From Squalus acanthias (lineage: Eukaryota), in the NCBI GenBank assembly GCA_030390025.1, contig CM059432.1, positions 38,256,001-38,320,000 on the forward strand: a DNA stretch of 64,000 nt, written 5' to 3'. Position 1 is the first letter of the stretch; each line of letters starts with the position of its first letter. The notes under the pieces are model-generated. The model was given only the letters and a program-made list of their open reading frames with translations, ran no database searches and was not told the origin of the DNA. This document shows positions 13,007 through 23,114 of the stretch, one piece after another. The translations under genes and the position numbers were made by a program.

Positions 13007-14948
13007 CTACTTTTTGCCCTTCGAGGGTGATCTCCTTCCCTTGCGTACTTCCCCCCTTCCCACCCTACTGCTCCTCCGTAATGGGACCCCAGTGGCTGCA
13101 GCAAGGCTGGTGGAAGGCTGCTGATTGTCAGAACCTGAGACTGCAGATGCCCTTGAAGGACGGCCTCGACCAGCTCTGGGCCTGGAGGGGCTGGCTGCAG
13201 ACTGCACCAACTCTGCATGGGCGGCAGCAGTCTGTCCTACAGGCGGTGGCAAGTGCAGTGGAGAAGTGACAGTGTTGGCAGCAGGAATGCTGTCATCGTG
13301 AGAGAGGCCAGCAACTCCCTGCTCGCCCGACACACTGGCACTCCCACGGGGCAGCACTTCAGCATCCGGAGCAATCTGCCGGAGAACAGATTGCTGGCCT
13401 GCTGCGGCGCGGTGACAGCCCCGGGGACATGTGCACGAACCATCGAGGTTGGCAGCAGTCTGTGCTCGCGTGGCCTCCATCTGAGTCTGTATGAGAGCAG
13501 TCAGAGGTGGGATCACGGCAGCCAGTGACTGAATTGCAGCACTAAGCGTTAGTGTGGCATCCGCCTGTGCTACAACGAAGTGCTCCACACTCCTTGCCAG
13601 TGACTCAATGCATTCGGGCACCCTTCCCACTGCACCCATGAGCTCAGTGTGCATGCCCACCGCCTGGGTGTTCATTTCTGCAATCAGCCGCTCCTCCTCT
13701 GCGTCCATTGCAGTAGGAGTGTCTGGCATACTCTCCCTCTGGGGAGAAGGCCCCCGTTCTTCCCTACCTCCCCCCATGGCGTTGCTGCAGCCCGCTGGGT
13801 CCTGGAGCTTCACCATCATCAGCCCCTTCCCCCCTGCTCCCCTCCGGGGAAGGCGTGTTCCCAGTGTGGGCATGGGCTTCCTCGGGAGAGGGTGGCACTG
13901 ATGCTCTGGCTTCCTCTTCCTCCTCAGCTGCAGCATCACTCCCAGTGGCAGCTTCAGGGCCCATCTCCTCAGCTGGTGAATCACCATCTGAAAGCAGGGA
14001 GGTACAAGAGTGGCTTTAGCGTGAGGACAGGGTGGCAGTAAGGGAGGAATAAGTGCAGCGAGTTAGCAAGTTGGATTGAAAGTGTCAAAGGCTGGTGTTG
14101 TGAGGGACAAGTGGAAGGACAGAGGACAAAAAGGTGATGACCTTACCATTGCTGTCCACAACGGGGTCGGCGTCTCCAGTGGCGACGGGACCGATCACCC
14201 GGCTTGCCACAATCCTGTGGACGCGCTCCTCCAGATCGCTGAGGGGTTGCAGCTGAAGCCGCCCTCCACCTGTCCGTTGCTGCTGTCTCCTATTATGAGC
14301 CAGCTTAGCCTGCAAGAAAAAGGACAGCATCTGAGTAAATATACAGCCATGGTCTTGCCTGATGTGCCTCCCATAGGTGAATAGCCCTTACTGTATACAG
14401 CCATGGTCTTGCCTGATGTGCCTCCCATAGATGAATAGCCCTTACAATATACAGCCATGGTCTTGCCTGATGTGCCTCCCATAGGTGAATAGCCCTTACT
14501 GTATGCAGCCATGGTCTTGCCTGATGTGCCTCCCATAGGTGAATAGCCCTTACTGTATGCAAAGTGTGGAATGTGTGTGTGTGTTTGATGAAAGGGCCAT
14601 AGGTGTTGGATGAGTGTTGTGCATTGGGGTGCATTGGGGTTTTAAGACCCTCTGGCCATAGAGTGAGGTTGAGATGGAGGGATGGAGAGGTATTGAGAAA
14701 AAGCCACTCACCCTGACGACCCGAGTGAGGTCGTTGAACTTTTTGCGGCATTGAGTATGGGTCCTGGGCACCATGCTCCTGGAGGAGACGCTCTGAGCCA
14801 CCTCCCTCCACACTCTTCTGAACTTGCGTGGCAAAGGCCTCCTGCCACTCTCAGGGAACAGCATACATCGTCTGCGCTCCACTGCGTCAACCAGAGCATC
14901 CAAGGCCCGCTCGGTGAAGCGATAAGCGCGTTCTCTCACCCTCTCCAT
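13007..14948 (-). CDS. Harbinger Myb/SANT-like protein, 3 exons (14948-14712, 14309-14147, 13987-13007) with a probable 1-nt frameshift near 13770-13776
   Basis: MERVRERAYRFTERALDALV...WREVAQ...QCRKKFNDL; canonical AGG|GTGAGT, TTGCAG|GCT, ATG|GTAAG, TTTCAG|AT junctions; spliced frame stops at 13764, while homology to copies 1 and 3 (MHTELMGA) continues in the shifted frame; basic NLS-like C-terminus. Confidence 0.8.
14341..14560. repeat. 54-bp tandem repeat x4 in intron 1 of the Myb gene
   Basis: Unit ATACAGCCATGGTCTTGCCTGATGTGCCTCCCATAGGTGAATAGCCCTTACTGT starting at 14341, 14395, 14449, 14503. Confidence 0.95.
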
Positions 14949-15893
14949 GCTTGGCAGCAAAATGGATTCACAGGTCTCTCCAGGCTGAGATTCAAGGCTG
15001 CAATGAGCAGGGTGTGGCTGGGGAGCAAGTGGCCCCCCCCGCTTTAAGAAGTGTCCGGCGCCAGTGTGTCTGTGTTCCCTCGCTAACTGGCAGCAGCTGC
15101 GCTGCGCTCGCGCGCTGAGTTAGCGCCTCACTCCTTGGCCTTTGCGCCTTAAGACAGGTGTGCAGCGCCTGCTTTAGCGCTCCACTCACCTCCCGGGGCG
15201 GTAAAAGTGAAGTTTCCTGTCAGTGCCGATAATTAGCGCCAGGCGCTAATATTTGCGTCCGGACGATATTTGCGCCCCAAATGGGGCGCGACCTAATTTC
15301 TACCCCATGGGGTCTTGGGCTTCATAAATAGAGCTATTGAGTACAAAAGTAGAGAAGTTATGCTGAACCTTTATAAAGCGCTGGTTAGGCCACAACTGGA
15401 GTATTGCATCCAGTTCTGGTCACCACACTTTAGGAAGGATATGAAGGCCCTTGAGAGGGTGCAGAGGAGATTTACCAGAATGGTTCTAGCTACAAGGACA
15501 GGTTGGAGAAGCTGGATTTGTTTTCATTAGAGCAAAGGAGGTTGCGGGGTGATTTGATAGAGGTGTACAAGATTATGACGGATTTGAATAAGCTAGATGG
15601 TACAAGGGCTAGGGGACACAGATTTAAGGTTCTGGGCAAGAGATACAGGGGGGACGTGAGGAAAAACATTTTTACGCAGCGAATGGTGATGACCTGGAAT
15701 TCGCTGCTGACGGAAGTGGTGGAAGTGGAGACACTCAATGTTTTCAAGGGGATACTGGAAAGGCACTTGAAATAAATAAACTTGCAGGGCTACGGGATAG
15801 AGCGGGGGAATGGGGCTGACTGGATTGCTCTACAGAGAGCCGGAATGGACTCGATGGGCCAAATGACCTCCTTCTGTGCCGTTATGACTCTGT

Positions 15894-16395
15894 GGGGGAG
15901 AAATTCAGTATCGCCCCATTTGGTGCGCAATTATCGACTGGGCGCAAAGATTAGCGCCTGGCGCTAATTATCGCCACTGACTGCAAACTTGACTTTTATC
16001 GCCCCTGGAGGTGATTGGAGCGCTAAATCAGGCGCTTCACACCTGTCTTAAGGCGCAAAGGCCGAGGAGCGAGGCACTACCTAAGAGCGCTGGCGAAGCT
16101 CATGTAATGTCAGTCAGCAATGGAACACACACACAATTGCACGGGCCAGTTCTTAAAGGGGATGGTTAATCTTGCTTTCCATCCACATCCTGCTCATTGC
16201 AGCCTTGAATCTCGGCCTGGAGAGACCTGCACATCAAATCTGCTGGAAAGAACAATGGAGAGTACCAGGCAAAGAGCTCAGAGTGCAGCCCCCACAGTCT
16301 CTTCTAAATCGATACAAGGAATGGCAAATCAAAATGAAACTGCAAAGTGCTGCTGAGTACCCAAAACTCCTTCACACAACGTTGAATCTCTCCAG

Positions 16396-16430
<35 letters not shown>

Positions 16431-16797
16431 AATGCGTAGTTAAAAAATGGCACCAACAGTAAAAGGCAGGAAGCGGTCACCTTTAAATAGCGCTCCCCCT
16501 TTCCCTTCATGACTGCAGAACGCTCCCCTCAACCTGTCGTTGCTAGCGTCAGGCGGTAAGGCAGGGGGCACCACTCAATAACCGCTCCGGGCGATACCGG
16601 GGCGTTGCGCACTCGACTGACGTCACGATTTGCCGGCGCAGGCGATCGTGGCGGTAGTGTTTAGCGCCGCCGCAAAATGTCTAGTTAATTTCGCGAGCGG
16701 CGCAAACTTCGCCGCGCCTGGGCGCTAGATGCTTTGCGCCCCATTAGCGCCCTCTTAAGGCGCTAACGGGAGGCGCAACCAACTGAATTTTTCCCCC
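15894..16797. mobile_element. Non-autonomous Harbinger derivative, inverted relative to copy 2
   Basis: TIRs GGGGGAGAAATT / AATTTTTCCCCC; both ends are close reverse complements of the ends of 11033-15306; no ORFs; inserted into the CR1 3' tail repeat. Confidence 0.9.
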
Positions 16798-16944
16798 TTT
16801 GATTCTATGACACTGAACCTTTTCCAAGGCTAATATATCCTTCCTGAAGTACTCCAGATGAGGCCTGAGCAAGGTTCTGTACAACTGAAGCATAACGTCC
16901 TCCCCTTTGTATTCTAGCCCCCTTTAGACTATCTCTTAGAACCA

Positions 16945-17113
16945 CGATAGGGTTCTCCTTGTCCTCACCTTTCACCCCACCAGCCTCCATATTCAACGGA
17001 CCACCCTCCTCCAATTCCGCCACATCCAGCGTGATCTCACCACCAAATACATCTTCCCCTCCCCTCCCCTTTCAGCATTTCGAAGGGACCGTTCCCTTCG
17101 CGACACCCTGGTC
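16945..17113 (+). mobile_element. Penelope-like element fragment
   Basis: GATAGGGTTCTCCTTGTCCTCACCTTTCACCCCACCAGCCTCC...CGCGACACCCTGGTCCA; its end matches the PLE piece at 63587 onward. Confidence 0.55.
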
Positions 17114-17114
17114 C

Positions 17115-17877
17115 AAACCCGCCCCCAACCCACCTCTGTGCCCTCTTGCCAGGAGGCAGGAAGCTGCCCTGCCCCGGGTCCTGTCTCCTCGAGGCGGGAA
17201 AGGGATTGAAGCCTATTAACTGCCTGTTAACAGGTAGTTAACAGGCAGAAAATAGGATTATCCCCATTTTGCTTTCTGAAGTGCAGGCTTCCCTACCTCG
17301 GGGAACCCTGCCAGGGTGTAGGAGACGAGTAGGAGGTCTGCGGGGGTCGGAGGGGTCTGAAAGTGCGATGTAGAGGTGAGTGATGGGTGCAAGTGTGGAG
17401 TGGTAAGTATGTAAGGTGAGTGTAAAGTGTTAGAAAATGTTCACTTACCTTTGTTTCTGTCTACAGCCTTCAGCCGCTGTGGAGCCGGAGTCCCAACTTC
17501 TCCATTGTAGATATCACAGACTGGCTTTTGGATCCTCCGAACCAACAGCCAGGTGATTTCTGCAAAGTTGAAAGGTTTGATGAGTCCTGAACACAAGGAC
17601 TCATCAACTATGCAGAATGTCAGTGTTTGACAGCTTCACAGAGCTGTCAAACAATTACATTTCTTCTTTCAAAAGTTCTTGACAGATGGCACGTCATATG
17701 TTGATGTGCTCTGTCACTGACTTCCCCCTAATTGGCCTGCTGAGCCCGCTGGGTGGGCTTAACAAGGTCAATCAGGGGAAAATCCCGCTGGTTGGCCAGA
17801 AGCTGATGGAGGCGGGATTGAAAGCTGGCAAGCAACAGTCCCGCCTCCAAAAGCTTCCCATTGAGAAAATCTAGACC
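17115..17877. mobile_element. Degenerate MITE-like element
   Basis: Right end AAAATCTAGACC resembles the MITE TIR at 9968-9979; internal motifs (CTGTTAACAGGTA, CAGTGTTTGACAGC..GCTGTCAAAC) shared with 33719-34290 and 38680-39019. Confidence 0.5.
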
Positions 17878-18413
17878 AAAGAATCTGCAAAGGGATATAG
17901 ATAGACTAAGTGAGTGGGCAGTAAGGTGGCAGATGGTGTATAATGTATGGAAATGTGAGGTTATTCACTTTGGCAGGAAGAATAGAAAAACAGAATATTT
18001 TTTAAATGGTGAGAAACTTTCAAATGTTGGTGTTCAGAGAGATTTGGGTGTCCTCGTGCAGGAAACACAGAAAGCTAGCATGCAGGTACAGCAAGCAATA
18101 AGGAAGGCAAATAGCATGTTGGCCTTTATTGCAAGGGGGTTGGAGTATAAGAGTAAGGAAGTCTTGCTACAATTGTACAGGACCTTGGTGAGACCACACC
18201 TGGAGTACTGTGCACAGTTTTGGTCTCCTTATCTAAGGAAGGATATACTTGCCTTGGAGGCGGTGCAATGACGGTTCACTAGATTGATTCCTGGGATGTG
18301 TCGAAGTTTGACTTCCGATTAAAGACTCTTGTAGACAATATCGTCAAAGAAGGCTTTTTATTATATTTTACTTGCAAGGAGACTGCAACCATAGCCCAAT
18401 TAGCTATGATGAC

Positions 18414-20074
18414 TGTAAGGGATTCTCTCCTGACCCTGCGTGTCTCGTAGCCTGTGAGATTCACGCGGCTCTGTGCAGCCTGTATGTCAGTGCGGGTCTA
18501 GGCCTGGTCTCCAGCCAGTCTGGGAACACTAGACACCCCTGTGAGTGGTTCGAATCACTCTCCCTTACGGTTCTAGACACTGGACTTAGATGCGAGAGCA
18601 GTAATGGAGATAAAACTCATGTAGACTTGGTTTGAACGGTACGAAATGGAAAATCTTTATTGCATGATACTTAAAATTATGAAATACATGTCATACGCAC
18701 AGATTAATGACAGTACGATCTTACAAACGGTTATAATCACTCTTAGGGAAACGAGGAACGACCAGCACAACGTAAATAGGGCACACATTACAAATATCCT
18801 TAATCTTTAAACCCTCCCCTATCAATATCTATCCTAAAACTAGCTTCGTAGGATCTCGAGACTCATGCTCACCACTCGTAATAACTCGGAGAAATCCCGA
18901 ATAGCTGATCGGATGTTTTTCACCGCAGCACCCACGTGTTGGTCAGGAGATCTCCTGGTCCCACTTGTTTACTGCTTCTGCTGCTCGGCTAGTCGGCTGG
19001 ACCGTCCGCTGTAGTGAAGACCTCTGTTGGTTGACTTCACAGTTTAGTTGAGGAGTCCCGTTGTCAATATCACTGATACGATGTGTTTGCACAGTCCAGT
19101 TATCGTTGATGCAATATGTCTTGTTAAAAGTTTAACGAAGAAAACTTCCTGTCGAGAAGACTTGGCTGATCGACCTACAGGCGCGGTCGGGATTTACTGA
19201 CCGTGGCGATGGATATGGTCTTCTTCTCTTCTCCTCTCATCTCATCTCATCTCATCTCGGGCCTTTGGTTCCGCTGCCAGTTACCAACATAGGTCTTCGT
19301 TACGCGACACGAGGTAGATCCGAACGGATCAGAAAGTTCAACAGTCTTTTACACAGGAGCAGCCACGAGGTTACGAATCGACCGGATAAAACACAGGAGC
19401 AGCCACGAATGCAGGAGCAAGGACAAGAGGCAAGCAGCAAGAGAGCGAATGGACGGTTTGGGGCCTGCAATTATAGTGCAAAATCTTCCGTTTCCCGCCC
19501 AACTATAATGTCCATTCTTTTGTTTAAGGTTTGGCGCCCAAATGTCCTGTATGGGTGATCTCCGTTCTTAATGGGTTTCGGGGCTACTCATGAATGTTTG
19601 AGTACCTGTTAATACTTCTCCCATTGTTAAATCGGTCGGTGTTCTCCCTGGAGGGGTTTGGGGCTTCCAAGTGTCCTGTATAACTACCTGCTAACGGCTC
19701 TCTCATCGTAGAGTCGTTGGGAGTTTACATATTAATGTCCTTTGGATGGGCCCTTGATTACTCGGTGCAATGGCTTTCCTTTGTACCTGGGAGACCGATT
19801 TCAGTATCTATGTTTATACTGCAAACCCATAATGTCTCGTGTATTACCTTCACTGTGCTGAATCGTTATCGATCTTGCAAAAATGTGTATTGGAACGCCA
19901 TCTTGTCTGCCTGTTGAAAAGTCTAGAATGTTCTGTCACGAGGTGCGGCGGCCATTTTACAGGCTGCTTGTGTCCAATTTAAACCTGACAGCATTCTGCT
20001 GAAATAAAAGCTGTTTGAACGAAACTTTGTGTTTGCTCCTTATTAATCAAATCGCGATAATTGCGAATTCTACA
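18414..20074 (-). repeat. 3' LTR (1661 bp)
   Basis: Minus strand TGTAGAATTC...CCCTTACA; direct repeat of 29455-31115; AATAAA (minus) at 18656-18661. Confidence 0.97.
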
Positions 20075-20087
20075 GTCCCTCCTGTTG
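20075..20087 (-). promoter_or_regulatory. Putative polypurine tract
   Basis: Minus strand CAACAGGAGGGAC immediately precedes the 3' LTR; short and imperfect. Confidence 0.55.
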
Positions 20088-20495
20088 ATGCGAATAACTC
20101 CGCTTATCGTATCAAAAACTCAGTGGTGAGCAATCTTATCTCGATTTCACTCCGAATCCAGTAAATTAATCCCATAAATTTTAACTTAACTAGGGTCTCT
20201 GTGTCGTCCTTATTTCCCAAGAAAATTACATTTTATATCACCATAGGCATCATTTGCCCTTAAACTTACACCACTTGTTTTCCTTTCCGGCGTAACCAGG
20301 CCGATACCTCACGCATCACCTGTATATTTGTCTTTTATTCAGGGAAAGGAAAAACAAAACCCAAAACCAAACAATCAACACCATCACCAAAATAAACAAA
20401 TCCCAACTCTTAAACATGTCGAGTTTCCAACGTATTTACAATGAGTACAAACTTCCGCGGCGCACGTGGCGAGCGGGAGTGACGCCATTTTCCTA

Positions 20496-22848
20496 TTACA
20501 CGGTACTCTCGTCGTGCACGCGCACGTAACGTTCTCGCCACTCTCCCGTGTTCTCATGCTTGGTGAGGCGCTTGTCTCTTTTACAATGTATGAACAATAG
20601 GTACACTACAATAAACACTTGACAGACGACTAAAATGTGGGAGGCTATTCTGACCCATGAGGGCACTTCAATATTCGTGAACAGATTCCACCACGGTGGA
20701 ACCACTATGTCCAAGATGTCTGTTCCTATCTCGACAGTTTTCTGCTCTAATGTATAAAAATGCTTCTGTGATACCGCGACGGCTTTCAGAAGTTTGGTTA
20801 AATGCTCAGGGAGAGGGGGAATGAGGTATCCAAAATGCGCGACAAATCGCTGCAAGTCGGTGAAATTCTCTTTTACTGTGAGATGAACAGTGGATGGTTC
20901 AGGGATTGGGATAATTCGCTGTTGTGCTACTTGAACTTCAGCCCTGGGTTTAAAACAGGAACTGCTGTCACTCACCGGACACCGGCTACGGTTTCCATGC
21001 TGGTAGTGTTGCGCTGCAGTGGTAACACAGTATGTTCCACCCCCGATGTATGCTACCTGCGGAGGCACATGATCTTGTGCCATTGCCTCCATGGTGCAAT
21101 TCATGGACTTGGCGCCAGCCGTTCTGAACCCGCACTGTGGTGTTAAAAAGGCATTCAAGTGCTGGGGGCACAGTATTATGTGTGCTCCCCTGCCACGACA
21201 ACCAGAGAGATCTGTACCTGTCATCGTTTGCTCCCAGCGGATGACGTAAGGTGGAACCGCTGCATAACGAATGTGGGCTCCCCCCTGAATGACACCAATG
21301 TTCTCTACCCGATATACCGGGGCGGGCTTTGCTGTGTTGCCCAAAACCGGCATGCGTAATACTATTCCCATAATAGTATGGTTTGAACGTCCGCAGTCCA
21401 CGGGGACTGGGTAAGCTTCTGAAGCTAGCCTGAGCTGGCACGGACTTAATGCGTTCTGAAAAGGGTGGAGCGCCCGCAGGTGTTTGTTACTTATCCAGGA
21501 CGGAACCAAACCTTGTTTTAAATCCTCCAAATTACTGCGGCCCTCGCCCAGTAACCACGCCCCGTAAAGCACGCACACCTCGTTCTGCGCAGCTTGATCG
21601 GATGCATTCCGATCTTCCCTGATCAGGGCATTTACCGTACGCGCATGTTTCTCCAGCTCTGCTATAATCTCCTTTAAATGGAGAGTCATGGCTTGGTCCT
21701 CATGCAGACCTGACCCTACCACTTTATTCTCATCTGTTAGAATGTCTTTTAACTGTGTTTTTAAACCATTAATCTGGGTCTGCAGCTCCACACTGTCTAG
21801 AGCGTTGACCACAGATGTCCCTGTATTAAAAGCAGTGAACGCATCGTTCACCAAACCCCTTCTTTGCCTCCCTACTTGATCCAAAACTTCCTGCGGTGCG
21901 GTGTATAAACTTGTCTTATCAATTTCTGCAAAATCAAACTCGTAAAATTGTCTGAACATCTTGGTCAACAGGACCTGATACAACTGTTCCGTCTTTTTGG
22001 GGCACCACTCTGGTAACCGTACCTCAGTGAGATTTAAAATCACTGAGGCCACCGCGTAATGTACCCCCTGAAATAGTATCTGGTCTGTGGGGACCAGTAC
22101 CAAACCGTTCCCGGGTCCCTTACTAGTTTTAGGGCACCCTTCTTCCTCAGTTAGAACCACCGGAATCGTGGGCGGGGCTTTGCGTGGGCGCGTAATGAGC
22201 TCAGTGGCATTTACTGGGATCGGGGAGAATGGGGCTCCGCACCCCCTGGTGCTCGCATCCCACCTCATCCCCTGTCCGTTATCCTGCCACTGATTAATAA
22301 AAAAATATGGAGATGCCTTTGGGGCAAACGTACTTTGACCCCCACATACAAACATAAATCCCCTCATCCGGTTCCCACCATTTGTCCCAACAGACTTTCA
22401 CTTGTCCGTCTGTCCCCGTAATTGTCCGATGGGTATTATTACCCAGTCGTTCCCACTCGACCGAAGAGTTTCTCATAGTTTTGCTCAGCTTTCGCAGCCA
22501 CCACCATCGGCTCAATGGGACATCCCCACTACAGGTCAAACAAATCCGTTTGCCGACGGTGACGCTGATCCTGGGTGCGATGATCCGTACTTTGGGGCAC
22601 ATTAAAGAAGTCTCTTTGTAGGCGAACCCCGATGTGCTGGAATACTCCGTTGAGTTCGTTCCCAGCCATCCTGGCCACCTTCCCTTGTGGAAATAGGTGC
22701 TGGTCCCTTCTGCCTTCCGTCTCCCGGTCCCATCCACCGCGATGGGGGCCGTGTCCCCGGAACATCCAAACACCACGACATCCTTGGTGTGGCCTCGATA
22801 GGCCAATCCACATCCGATTGCCACGAGCAATACTATAAGTCGTTCCAT
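20496..22848 (-). CDS. env: Envelope-like glycoprotein (signal peptide, Ig-like domain, furin site, fusion peptide/heptad repeat, Cys-rich region, TM), split into two overlapping ORFs at a T7 run (22299-22305)
   Basis: MERLIVLLVAIGCGLA signal; ICLTC..W..DEGIYVC Ig signature; GRQRR/GLVNDAFTAFNTGTSVVNAL cleavage and fusion peptide; TM IASHILVVCQVFIVVYLLFI; removing one T gives a single 783-aa ORF. Confidence 0.88.
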
Positions 22849-22861
22849 CCTTCCTTGGTTC

Positions 22862-22880
22862 CTGTGATCAGATAGAATGA
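22862..22880 (-). promoter_or_regulatory. Candidate env splice acceptor
   Basis: TCATTCTATCTGATCACAG| lies 13 nt upstream of the env ATG. Confidence 0.45.
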
Positions 22881-23114
22881 GGTAGCCAGCCTCGCAAAAA
22901 GTCTCTGGCTTTTGTGAAGGGTGAGCGGGTCCCCTGACCTCGCCTCACGTAAACTTCAACGTTTGCTGAATAGACTTCCTCTAAAACCTAGCCTTAAAAA
23001 CTCCCACCATTTTATCGTTATCTGTTAAAACACTACAAACTTAACCTTGAACTAATAAACTTAAAACTTTAAACTAATAACTTTACAGTGCCGCCCGTTC
23101 TCAGGGCGGCCCCT

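Larger units (their letters stand above)
11033..15306. mobile_element. PIF/Harbinger DNA transposon copy 2, full length
   Basis: TIRs GGGGTAAAAATT / AATTTCTACCCC, AT(G) on both flanks, inserted in CR1; convergent transposase (+) and Myb/SANT gene (-); CpG-rich termini not decayed. Confidence 0.95.
9150..15890 (+). mobile_element. CR1 LINE (ORF2 3' two-thirds) interrupted by a MITE (9254-9979) and Harbinger copy 2 (11033-15306)
   Basis: Collinear pieces: EYFVSVFTKE..DKSLGPDGLHPRLL, SVLGPLLFLIYTNDL..KFADDTKL, then after the transposon LYKALVRPQLEYCIQFWSP..RRLRGDLIEVYK and the 3' UTR. Confidence 0.88.

Noticed and set aside
14341..14560. Regular repeat array as possible CRISPR
   Set aside because: Head-to-tail units with no unique spacers, eukaryotic context, no cas genes
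19265..19917. ORFs of 97 and 66 aa inside the LTRs (repeated at 30306-30958 and 46028-46668)
   Set aside because: Antisense to the provirus, non-ATG starts, the longer one changes frame in the solo LTR; recurrence is explained by LTR duplication
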